Origin: Candidatus Krumholzibacteriota bacterium
GTDB taxonomy: Bacteria; Krumholzibacteriota; Krumholzibacteriia; JAJRXK01
Assembly (NCBI GenBank): GCA_963806035.1
Contig: CAWDWO010000013.1
Location: 86,803 to 150,802 of the forward strand
DNA length: 64,000 bases
Direction of reading: 5' to 3'
In this document: piece by piece, positions 46,628 through 55,203 of the stretch
Numbering within the stretch: the first letter of the stretch is position 1
How the letters are laid out: every line of letters starts with the position of its first letter
Translations under genes and position numbers: made by a program
The notes under the pieces: model-generated
Told to the model about the DNA's origin: nothing
The model's input: only the letters and a program-made list of their open reading frames with translations
The model's database searches: none

Positions 46628-47899
46628 ATGGATCGATTTCTCATTCACGGACCTTGTACTCTTTCGGGAAGTGTGGACGTGAGCGGCGCCAAGAACGCGG
46701 TTCTTCCCCTGATGGCCGCGACGCTCTTGAGCCGGGGAGTGAGCCGAATTCGAAACGTGCCCAATCTGCGCGACACGCGAACCATGGGGAAAGTCCTCGA
46801 GACCCTGGGCGCCCAGGTCACCCGCGAGGGCGACAGCCTGATCATCGATTCCAGCGGGGTCGTGGGAGTGGAAGCTCCCTACGAGTTGGTCAAGACCATG
46901 CGCGCGAGCGTCTACGTTCTGGGCCCTCTCCTCAGCGCGATGGGAACCGCCAAGGTGAGTCTCCCGGGAGGCTGTGCCTGGGGGCCGAGGCCCATCGACC
47001 TGCATCTGAAGGGCATGGAGATGTTGGGAGCGCAGGTGGAACTCGAGGGCGGCTACGTGGTGGCGAAGAGGCCCGGGAGCCGTCTGCGCGGTGGCACCAT
47101 GGACTTCTCCACCTCCAGCGTCGGCGCCACCGCGAACGTGCTCATGGCGGCGGTTCTCGCCGAGGGCCATACCGTATTGGAGAACGCGGCGCGCGAACCC
47201 GAGGTCGCGCAGCTGGCCGAAGCGCTGGTGGCGGCGGGAGCCAAGATCGATGGGATAGGGAGCACCCGGCTGAGTATCGAGGGGGTGAAGGAAATCGCGC
47301 CGCTTCAAGTCAGCGTGATTCCCGATCGCATCGAGGCGGGGACCTTCCTCTGCGCCGCGGCGATTCTACGTTCCAAGCTGAAAGTGAACAAGGTGCGCCC
47401 CGCGCATCTGGGGGCGACGATCGATGTCCTCAAGAGCTGCGGATGCAGCTTCGAGATCGCCTCGGACGCCATCGAGATCGACGGACGCGAGGCGGACAGG
47501 GCCCTGAACGCGGTCACGCGGCCCTTCCCCGGATTCCCCACCGACATGCAGGCGCAGACCATGGCGGTGGCCACCCTGCTCGACGGAATCAGCGTGCTCA
47601 CCGAGACCATCTATCCCGATCGCTTCACCCACGTGGCCGAGCTGCGCCGCCTCGGCGCCGACATTCGGCTCGATGGCAACTCGGCGGTCGTGAAGGGAGT
47701 CGCCCAGCTCTCGGGCGCTCCCGTCATGGCGACCGATCTGCGTGCTTCGGCCGCCCTGATCCTGGCTGGACTGGCCGCCAAGGGGGAGACCTTGGTCGAC
47801 CGCATCTATCACATCGACCGGGGCTACGAACAGATCGAAGAGAAGCTCGCCCGATTGGGCGCGAAGATCGAACGGATTCCCGGGCCTCCCACACCCTGA
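46628..47899 (+). CDS. murA: UDP-N-acetylglucosamine 1-carboxyvinyltransferase
   Basis: GAKNAVLP, MRAS, LPGGCAWGPRP (catalytic Cys), DRIEAGT, FPTDMQ, TDLRAS and HIDRGY motifs. Confidence 0.97.
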   Translation: MDRFLIHGPCTLSGSVDVSGAKNAVLPLMAATLLSRGVSRIRNVPNLRDTRTMGKVLETLGAQVTREGDSLIIDSSGVVGVEAPYELVKTMRASVYVLGPLLSAMGTAKVSLPGGCAWGPRPIDLHLKGMEMLGAQVELEGGYVVAKRPGSRLRGGTMDFSTSSVGATANVLMAAVLAEGHTVLENAAREPEVAQLAEALVAAGAKIDGIGSTRLSIEGVKEIAPLQVSVIPDRIEAGTFLCAAAILRSKLKVNKVRPAHLGATIDVLKSCGCSFEIASDAIEIDGREADRALNAVTRPFPGFPTDMQAQTMAVATLLDGISVLTETIYPDRFTHVAELRRLGADIRLDGNSAVVKGVAQLSGAPVMATDLRASAALILAGLAAKGETLVDRIYHIDRGYEQIEEKLARLGAKIERIPGPPTP

Positions 47900-47933
47900 G
47901 CCATACTCCTTTCGCGGGGGCGATCGCCAGCAG

Positions 47934-49835
47934 ATGCCGAGCCGACGCACATTCATCCTGGGCACCGCGGGACACGTCGACCACGGGAAGACCGCACTGG
48001 TTCGTGCCCTCACCGGCAAGGATACCGACCGCTTGAGCGAAGAACATCGCCGCGGCATCTCCATCGAGCTGGGATTCGCGCACCTCGATCTCGACGAACA
48101 CACGAGGCTGGGAATCGTCGACGTGCCCGGTCACGAGAAGTTCGTGCGGCAGATGGTCGCGGGCGCCGGGGGCATGGATCTCGCGCTCCTCTTGGTGGCG
48201 GCGGACGAGAGCGTCATGCCCCAGACCGTCGAGCACCTCGACGTCCTGCGCCTCTTGGGGGTGCGCCGCGGACTGGTCGTGCTGACCAAGGTCGATCTGG
48301 TGGAGCAGGACATCGTCGAGTTGGTGAAAGCCGAAGTGGAGGACCTGGTGCGCGGGACCTTCCTCCAGGGAAGTCGGATACTGCCCGTTTCCTCCACCAG
48401 CGGCGAGGGACTGCCCGAGCTGCGCGCGGCCCTGCTGGAACTCGCCGAATCGAGCGAGGGAAGGAGCCGCGCCGGCGACTTCCGGCTCCCCATCGACCGG
48501 GTCTTCACCCTGAGCGGCACCGGAGTGGTGGTGACGGGGACCGCCTGGAGCGGCGAGGTGCATCCCGGCGACCGCTTGCGCCTGCTCCCCTCCGCGAAGG
48601 AGACCAGGGTTCGCGAAGTCGAGAGCCACGACGAATCGGTGCGGGAGGCGGGTGCCGGCGAACGCGTCGCCCTCTCCCTGCATGGAGTCAAGAAGAGTGA
48701 ACTGAATCGCGGCGAGGTTCTGGTGAGCGGCGCCTCCTGGGGACCCAGCCTCAAATTGGCGGTCCGACTGGACGCGGTCTCGAGCTTGCGCGCGCCGATC
48801 AAGCAGCGCGCGCGGGTTCACCTTCACCATGCGGCGCGTGAAGTTCTGGGCCGGGTGGATCTGCTCGAATCCAACGAACTGGGAGCCGGAGAGTCGGCTC
48901 TCGCGCGGGTGTATCTGGAGGAGCCACTCATCGCGGCGCCGGGCGACCGCTTCGTGGTGAGGTCCTACTCCCCCATGCTCACGATCGCGGGGGGAGAAGT
49001 CATCGACCCCTTCACCCCCGCACGGGAACGCCGCAGCAGCGCCCTGTCGCGGATCAAACACTGGGAGGAGGCGGGGAGGAGGAGCTGGCCCTTCCTGCGC
49101 ATTCGCGAAGCGGGGCTCGACGGCCGCTCCAAGACGGAGTTGCTCGACGACTTTTCCATGGTTCAGCTTTCCCGCGAGCAGGCGCTCGCGGCCCTCGATG
49201 CTGCTCTGAACCAGGGCGAGATCCTCGCGCTGCAAGATCTCCTGGTCTCCGCCGAAGTGGCGGCCGAGGCGGGCCAGAGCGCCCTGGCCCAGCTGCGGGC
49301 CTACCGGAAGAAGCGGCCTCTCGCGGCCGGGATGTCCAAGGAAGAGCTGCGCGCGGCGCTCGGCTTCAAAGGAGGCGGCCCCGCCTTCAATCAGCTTCTC
49401 TCGAACTGGTCGGCCCGCCTGCCGCTCTTCTTGGTGGAGGACCGGGTCAGCGCCGATTCGAAAGCGGTGGAGGTGGATTCCGCCACCCAGGAGAGACTCG
49501 ACGAGTTACGGCGTGAGATCGAGGCGGCCTCTCCGGTTTACGAAGCGGACGACGCGCTGGCCCGCTCGCCCCAGCTCGCCCTCTTGATCAAGCAGGGCCT
49601 GGTGGTCCGTCTCGCAGGGAAGCTCTTCGCCACGCGCACGCGGCTGGACGAGCTCGTGGCGAAGGTGGCGGCCCATTTCGAAACGGCGGAAGTTCTCGAA
49701 GTGGCCACGGTGAAGGAGTGGACCCACGCCTCCAGGAAGTTCGTCGTGCCTCTTCTCGAATGGCTGGATTCTCAAGATGTCACTTCCTTCAAGTCCGGTC
49801 GCAGGACAAAAGGTCCAGCCTGTCCTTCCCGCTGA
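47934..49835 (+). CDS. selB: Selenocysteine-specific elongation factor
   Basis: LGTAGHVDHGKT, TDRLSEE..RGISIELGFA, DVPGHEKFV, TKVD; C-terminal winged-helix SRKFVVPLLEWLD. Confidence 0.93.
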   Translation: MPSRRTFILGTAGHVDHGKTALVRALTGKDTDRLSEEHRRGISIELGFAHLDLDEHTRLGIVDVPGHEKFVRQMVAGAGGMDLALLLVAADESVMPQTVEHLDVLRLLGVRRGLVVLTKVDLVEQDIVELVKAEVEDLVRGTFLQGSRILPVSSTSGEGLPELRAALLELAESSEGRSRAGDFRLPIDRVFTLSGTGVVVTGTAWSGEVHPGDRLRLLPSAKETRVREVESHDESVREAGAGERVALSLHGVKKSELNRGEVLVSGASWGPSLKLAVRLDAVSSLRAPIKQRARVHLHHAAREVLGRVDLLESNELGAGESALARVYLEEPLIAAPGDRFVVRSYSPMLTIAGGEVIDPFTPARERRSSALSRIKHWEEAGRRSWPFLRIREAGLDGRSKTELLDDFSMVQLSREQALAALDAALNQGEILALQDLLVSAEVAAEAGQSALAQLRAYRKKRPLAAGMSKEELRAALGFKGGGPAFNQLLSNWSARLPLFLVEDRVSADSKAVEVDSATQERLDELRREIEAASPVYEADDALARSPQLALLIKQGLVVRLAGKLFATRTRLDELVAKVAAHFETAEVLEVATVKEWTHASRKFVVPLLEWLDSQDVTSFKSGRRTKGPACPSR

Positions 49836-49856
49836 TTTCTCCTTTGGGCCGTTCCA

Positions 49857-49886
49857 TTCCTCAGACTTCCTCATGCTGCCTCATCC
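49857..49886 (+). repeat. Three 10-bp direct repeats upstream of the HD-GYP gene
   Basis: TTCCTCAGAC / TTCCTCATGC / TGCCTCATCC. Confidence 0.55.
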
Positions 49887-49904
49887 GCTGTTGCGCGATA
49901 GGCA

Positions 49905-49920
49905 AGGCACGTCTCTTGCC
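49905..49920 (+). promoter_or_regulatory. Candidate sigma54 promoter
   Basis: AGGCACGTCTCTTGCC fits GGCAC-N5-TTGC. Confidence 0.5.
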
Positions 49921-49966
49921 GCAACTGGTGCGGTTAAGGTAGAGAAGGCGCCCTCTACGAGAGAGA

Positions 49967-51643
49967 ATGGACTTGAAAATACTCGAGCTGGATCGCAACG
50001 AGAGCCGCGGACCCCAATCAGTTTCCAAGGCCGCGCGACTTGCGACAACCGATGAAACAAGTTTCGCCCAGGTGCTGCAGTCTCCCGATGTTCTCGAGGT
50101 CGGTGACTACGAGAGCGCGCTGAGCAACTGCATCGCCCGCTATCTGAACCGTCATCCCAACGGGAATCCCTGTGATCACCTGGTCGATTTGTGCCCCCTG
50201 ATGGGAGCAATCTCGCGCGACCGGTTCTTCGCGGTGACGGACGATAAGCGCATTCTCCACTACCGGGGCATCGATCGGCACCATCTCGATCTGACAGTCG
50301 GCGCGCAGATTCCGGACCTCCCCGAAATGAAGCCGGTTCATGAGTGCCTGCACGGCGAGAGGCCCTCACGCATGCGGGTCAGCCGTCCCAAGGAGCGCGG
50401 TGGAGAGCTCGAAGTCACTGCCCTGCCGGTACGCGGCGTGGACGGTTCGCTGCTGGGCACCTTCGTGATCTTCGAGTCGTTGCAAGCCAGGGAAGAGGCG
50501 CGTGGCAAGGCGCACGAGAAGCTGGTCCAGAAACTGGCGGCGCTCCACCGTTTCCATTCGAGTCTCGAACTCCTCGTCACCGAGCACGAACTCTTCGAGC
50601 GCGCCATCGAAGCGGCTTCGGACATTCTCGGTTACGAGTACTGCGCGATCTTCCTGCACGACGAGGACAAGCGCGAACTCATACTCAGTCACAGCGCGGG
50701 CTACGGCGCGCACCTGAACCGGCTCGCCATCGGCCTGCGCAACGGGAAGGGCATCACCGCCCACGCTTTTCGGCGCAATTGTATCGTGTCGGTGCCCGAC
50801 GTCCGCGAGGATCCTCGCTACGTGCAGGGAAGCGATCGTGTACGCAGTGAACTGGCCATTCCCATTCAGTTGGGGCGGAAGGTGGCCGGGGTGTTCAGCG
50901 CGGCTTCCTCGAATCCGGACGCTTTCTCCGGAGAGGAGGTCAAGCTGTGCGTGACGCTGGTCAATCAACTCAACCTCGCCCTGGAGCGGATGCGTCTCTT
51001 CGGACAGCTGGCTTCCAGCCGCGACGTACTCATTTTCGCCCTGGCTCGCCTGGCGGAGAGCCGCGACGACGATACCGGCGGCCACCTCGACCGGATCTGC
51101 GGTTACACGCGCGAGATTGCCGAATGTCTGCGCGAGCAAGAACGGTTCAGCGAGCTTCTCGACGAGCGCTACATGGACGATCTCTACCGCTCGGCCGCGC
51201 TGCACGACATCGGCAAGGTGGGAATCCCGGATAGCATCCTGCAGAAGAAGGGGCGGCTCACCGCGGCGGAATTCGAGATCATGAAGACGCACACCCTGAT
51301 CGGCGGGGAGACCCTCGGCGACGCCGAGAAGCGCATGGACAATCTCGAGCTCTTGCGCATGAGCAAGACCATCGCTCTGTATCACCACGAGAAGTGGGAC
51401 GGGAGCGGCTATCCCTTCGCGCTGGGGGGAGAGGAGATCCCCCTGGCGGCCCGCATCGTGTGTCTCGCGGACGTCTATGACGCGTTGACGACCAAACGCT
51501 GCTACAAGGAGCCCTACAGCCACGAGGTAGCCAGCAAGTACATCGTGAATGCGAGCGGGAAGCACTTCGACCCGCAGATCGTCTCGGCATTTCTGCAAGG
51601 CGAGAAGAACGTGCTGGAGATCAAGCGGCGTTACTCGGACTGA
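49967..51643 (+). CDS. PAS-like/GAF/HD-GYP cyclic-dinucleotide phosphodiesterase
   Basis: GAF (GKGITAH..VPDVREDPRY..SELAIPI); intact ESRDDDTGGHLDRI, LHDIGKVG, HT, HHEKWDGSGYP and ADVYDAL. Confidence 0.9.
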   Translation: MDLKILELDRNESRGPQSVSKAARLATTDETSFAQVLQSPDVLEVGDYESALSNCIARYLNRHPNGNPCDHLVDLCPLMGAISRDRFFAVTDDKRILHYRGIDRHHLDLTVGAQIPDLPEMKPVHECLHGERPSRMRVSRPKERGGELEVTALPVRGVDGSLLGTFVIFESLQAREEARGKAHEKLVQKLAALHRFHSSLELLVTEHELFERAIEAASDILGYEYCAIFLHDEDKRELILSHSAGYGAHLNRLAIGLRNGKGITAHAFRRNCIVSVPDVREDPRYVQGSDRVRSELAIPIQLGRKVAGVFSAASSNPDAFSGEEVKLCVTLVNQLNLALERMRLFGQLASSRDVLIFALARLAESRDDDTGGHLDRICGYTREIAECLREQERFSELLDERYMDDLYRSAALHDIGKVGIPDSILQKKGRLTAAEFEIMKTHTLIGGETLGDAEKRMDNLELLRMSKTIALYHHEKWDGSGYPFALGGEEIPLAARIVCLADVYDALTTKRCYKEPYSHEVASKYIVNASGKHFDPQIVSAFLQGEKNVLEIKRRYSD

Positions 51644-51652
51644 ACGGCGCTC

Positions 51653-53050
51653 TCAGTCCTCGGACTCGCGCGTCAGCCAGCGGCCCGCGGGCTGCTCTGG
51701 CGTGACGAAGAGCGTGCGGGTTCGCTGTGGAGCGGCCATTCCCGCCGGCGCCTTGCGCGGCTTGCGCAGATACTTTCGTTCGGTGAGCCAGACGGGAACC
51801 GTGGTCGAGCCCTTGGCCTTGCTGAAGAGCGCCGCCAGTTGCGCGGCGGCCTGGATCTCCGCCTTGCTCGGCGGAGCGCCCGCGCTGCGCAAAATCACGT
51901 GGCTGCCCTCCACTCCACCCGCGTGCAGCCAGAGATCCATCTTCCCCGCGCGCTTGAAGCTCAGCTCGTCGTTGTCGGCCGCGCTCTTGCCGATCCAGAT
52001 CTCCCTTCCGCTGGGCAGGACGAAGATCTTGTAGGGAAGGCGAGTTCTTCTGCGGCTTCGCCCCCCGCGGTGCTCGCCCGGAGCGGAGGGACGCAGTTCG
52101 ATTGCGAGGCTTTCCGCGAAATCCACGAGTTCGCCGAGCTCTTCGAGTTCGTCGAATTCACGCTCCAGCTCACGGGCTCGCTCTAGTTCGCGCGTCGCTT
52201 CCTCTTGCCGCGCGGCGACCTGGGTGGCCTTGCGCTCCGCCTTGGCACAGCGCCGGTACAGACGGTCCAGATTGGCCGCGGGGCTGAGGGCGGGGTCGAG
52301 CTGCAGCGTGCGCTTTTCGCCCTCGAAGTCGAGAATCTCCACCTCGGCGCTTCCCTTCTCGACCCGCGAGAGATTGGCGGCGAGAAGGTCCGCCAGCTCC
52401 CGGATTCCGGCATCCGCGCGCGCTTCGTGCGCTTCTTCCTGCAGCGATTTTACCAGCCGCTCGGCCTTTTGCTTTCTCGCCTTGAGGGTGTCGCGGAGGC
52501 GGCGGCGTACCGCAGCTTCCACCTGGAAGAAGAGGAGTTCGCGGCAGCGGCGCGCGTGTTCTCCGGCGTCGAAATCGTCTCCGGAGGCCTCCTCGCTCAG
52601 CGGCTCCATACGCGGGCGGAGAGCCTGCGGGGGCGACACGCTGAGAATCCCCCCTTCGGCATCCTCCAGCCAGAGCTGTCCCGGACGCGGCCAGAAGGCC
52701 GCGCACAAACTGCGCCCGTTCTCGAGTTCGAGGCGCAGTCCTTCCGCCCTTCCGCTCTCCCCCGCGAGGCAGAGCACACCTTGAATCGTGGATTCCCGCA
52801 GAAGGGGGCCGAAGGGTGAGCGCTGATGGCTTCCCAGAGCCAGCGCGTACTCCTTGGGCAGCGGATGCGAATCGAGCCACAGCGCTCGCATCGGGGCCAG
52901 CGCGACGATCCACAGATAGTTTCCTGCCAGCCGCAGGCTGATCCAGCCGCGTCCGCTCAAGACTCCTTCGACTTCTGCCCCACGGAGCCGGTGGGACAGG
53001 ACCTTCGCGAGAGCGGGCAACCAGCGGTAGGGAGGAGAAAGCGCGCTCAT
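51653..53050 (-). CDS. NFACT family (RqcH/Rqc2/FbpA-like) protein with divergent N-terminal domain
   Basis: Coiled coil, LDPALSPAANL..Y...KAER, and NFACT-R motifs IGKSAADNDEL, DLWLHA...GSHV, AAQLAA.FSK, RKPRKAPAG. Confidence 0.82.
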   Translation of the reverse strand: MSALSPPYRWLPALAKVLSHRLRGAEVEGVLSGRGWISLRLAGNYLWIVALAPMRALWLDSHPLPKEYALALGSHQRSPFGPLLRESTIQGVLCLAGESGRAEGLRLELENGRSLCAAFWPRPGQLWLEDAEGGILSVSPPQALRPRMEPLSEEASGDDFDAGEHARRCRELLFFQVEAAVRRRLRDTLKARKQKAERLVKSLQEEAHEARADAGIRELADLLAANLSRVEKGSAEVEILDFEGEKRTLQLDPALSPAANLDRLYRRCAKAERKATQVAARQEEATRELERARELEREFDELEELGELVDFAESLAIELRPSAPGEHRGGRSRRRTRLPYKIFVLPSGREIWIGKSAADNDELSFKRAGKMDLWLHAGGVEGSHVILRSAGAPPSKAEIQAAAQLAALFSKAKGSTTVPVWLTERKYLRKPRKAPAGMAAPQRTRTLFVTPEQPAGRWLTRESED

Positions 53051-53143
53051 GATGAGGCCTTTGCTTTGATGCGCGGGGAAAGTGGCCTACACTGCCCGCA
53101 AGGAACCGGCGGCGATCCAGATTCGCCACAGAAGAGGTAGAAG

Positions 53144-54016
53144 ATGCAGAGTATGACCGGCATGGGAACGGCCGAGGCGCGCGCAAAGGGCGTGACCATT
53201 CGAGCCGAGATGCGTTCGGTGAACCACCGCTTCCTGGACCTCGCACTGCGAGCGCCATCCAGCTTGAACGCATTCGAGCCGTGGATCCGCGATCGCGTGG
53301 CGTCCATTCTGCAACGGGGGCGCATCAGTCTCAACCTCGAGATGGAGCTCAGCTCGGGTCGCAGCGAGATCGTGGTGAACGAGGAGTTCGTCAGCGCCTA
53401 TCTGAAAGCAGCGCGCGGACTGGCCCGCCGTCACGGACTCCCGGGAGAGATCGACATCGCGCACATCGCCGCTTTGCCCGAAACATTCAGCCTCATCGAA
53501 AAGAGCGTACCGGCCACGCAACTCAAGAAACTGGTCGAGGAAGCCGTGAACGGAGCTCTGGACAAGCTCGAGGCCATGCGCACCAAGGAGGGCCGCGCCC
53601 TGGTCCGGCAGCTGCGCTCGCGGTTGAAAAAGCTCAAGCAACATCTGAAGAAAGTGCAGAGCCGCGCGGAGGACCTTCCCTCGCGGACCAGGACCCGGCT
53701 GGAAGAACGCCTGGCCGCCAGCGGAGCACGCGAGGTGGTCGACCCGCAGCGTCTGGCCCAGGAAATCGTCCTGATGGTGGAGAAATCGACCATCACCGAG
53801 GAGATGGAACGCCTGGCCAGCCACATCGAACAATTCGACGACACCCTCTCCGCTCCCGACGCCCAGTCCAAGCGCCTGGGCTTTCTCCTGCAGGAGATGC
53901 ACCGCGAAGTCAACACGATGGGCAGCAAGGTCAGCGATCTGCACATCACTGACCAGGTCGTGCGCATGAAGGGAGAAATCGAGAACATGCGCGAGCAAGT
54001 GCAAAACCTGGAGTAG
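53144..54016 (+). CDS. yicC: YicC/YloC family endoribonuclease
   Basis: SMTGMG, EMRSVNHRFLD, MR..EG, ITEE..RL..H, QEMHREVNTMGSK and MREQVQNLE motifs. Confidence 0.95.
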   Translation: MQSMTGMGTAEARAKGVTIRAEMRSVNHRFLDLALRAPSSLNAFEPWIRDRVASILQRGRISLNLEMELSSGRSEIVVNEEFVSAYLKAARGLARRHGLPGEIDIAHIAALPETFSLIEKSVPATQLKKLVEEAVNGALDKLEAMRTKEGRALVRQLRSRLKKLKQHLKKVQSRAEDLPSRTRTRLEERLAASGAREVVDPQRLAQEIVLMVEKSTITEEMERLASHIEQFDDTLSAPDAQSKRLGFLLQEMHREVNTMGSKVSDLHITDQVVRMKGEIENMREQVQNLE

Positions 54017-54018
54017 GA

Positions 54019-54642
54019 ATGAAAGCCTCGCCCACCCAGTTCCTTCTGCTCATCTCAGGGCCCTCGGGGGTGGGCAAGAGCAGCGTCTACACTCCCGTCA
54101 TGCGGGACGACCCCCAGCTCAGCTTCTCGGTCTCGTGCACCACCCGGCCCCGCCGGCCGGGAGAGATCGACGGCACGCACTACCACTTCTTGAGTCGCGA
54201 CGAATTCGAAAGACAGCGCGCGCAGGGCGCCTTCGTGGAGAGCTTCACCGTCCACGACGAGCTCTATGGCACCCGGCGGGCGGACCTGGAGAGGATGCTC
54301 GACGCGGGGCTCACTCCGCTTCTCGACGTGGACGTGCAGGGAGGGGAGAAAATTCTGGCCGCCTACAAAGAGCGCGTGGTCTCGGTCTTTCTCTTTCCCC
54401 CCAGCTTCGAGGAGTTGGAGGTCCGGCTGCGCGGGCGCGATACAGAGGACGAGAAGGCCTTGAAGGTGCGCCTGGAGAATGCGCGCTGGGAAGTGGATTA
54501 CGCCCGTCACTACGAGTACTGGCTCGTCAACGACGAACTAAAGAGCGCGATCGAGGACCTGCGCGCCATCCTGCGAGCCGAGCGGCGCCGGCGCCGGCAC
54601 TGGCCGAATCCGCCGCTCTCGGGCCCCTCGAGCGCGGCCTGA
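54019..54642 (+). CDS. gmk: Guanylate kinase
   Basis: SGPSGVGKS, SVSCTTRPRRPGE.DG.HYHF, YGT, DVQG and RLRGR motifs. Confidence 0.96.
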   Translation: MKASPTQFLLLISGPSGVGKSSVYTPVMRDDPQLSFSVSCTTRPRRPGEIDGTHYHFLSRDEFERQRAQGAFVESFTVHDELYGTRRADLERMLDAGLTPLLDVDVQGGEKILAAYKERVVSVFLFPPSFEELEVRLRGRDTEDEKALKVRLENARWEVDYARHYEYWLVNDELKSAIEDLRAILRAERRRRRHWPNPPLSGPSSAA

Positions 54643-54652
54643 AGCGCCCGAC

Positions 54653-54681
54653 TTGCTCCGATCCTGGCCCGTGTCTATACT
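54653..54681 (+). promoter_or_regulatory. Internal sigma70 promoter for rpoZ-coaBC-udg
   Basis: TTGCTC (54653-58), 17 nt, TATACT (54676-81). Confidence 0.55.
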
Positions 54682-54752
54682 CTCCCTCCTGCCTGAAGGT
54701 GGAGGCGTGCGCGTCTTTTCCGCCCGGATCGGGTCGTTCTGCTGGAGGAACC

Positions 54753-55190
54753 ATGACCTACATTCCCGTCTATCGCATTCTGGAACACATTCCCAACAAG
54801 TTCGAGGCGATCAAAGTCGCGGCACTGGAATGCCGGCGACTCAATGACAAGCTGCAGGCCCTGGAGATCAACGAGGAACGGAAGATCACCACCCTCGCGG
54901 TCGAGCGCCTCATCGACGGGAAAATCAGCTACTACGACGCGCGTGAGCGCCGCGAGCAGGAACGAAGCGAGGCCATGCTCGCCGCGGCCGAGGAAATGCT
55001 CGACATGACGGCTCCCTCGCCGGAGACCCTGGCCGAGCTGGAAGAATCCGAGGAAGTCGGCGAGGAAGCCGCGGCCGAAGCGGCCGAAGCGGTGGAAGCG
55101 GCTGCCACGGAGGCTTCCCCCGCCGCCGAGGTGGAAGACCAAGAGGCCGAAGAGGCGCAGGCCGCCACCTCCGAGGAGACCAAGGACTGA
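54753..55190 (+). CDS. rpoZ: RNA polymerase omega subunit with long acidic C-terminal tail
   Basis: GGAGG RBS; NKFEAIKVAALECRRLN...KITTLAVERL..GKI; lies between gmk and coaBC. Confidence 0.8.
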   Translation: MTYIPVYRILEHIPNKFEAIKVAALECRRLNDKLQALEINEERKITTLAVERLIDGKISYYDARERREQERSEAMLAAAEEMLDMTAPSPETLAELEESEEVGEEAAAEAAEAVEAAATEASPAAEVEDQEAEEAQAATSEETKD

Positions 55191-55203
55191 CGGGAGGCCC
55201 GCG

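Noticed and set aside
54135..54752. 351-aa N-terminally extended RpoZ from the ORF track
   Set aside because: It overlaps gmk out of frame; the promoter and GGAGG RBS support the start at 54753.
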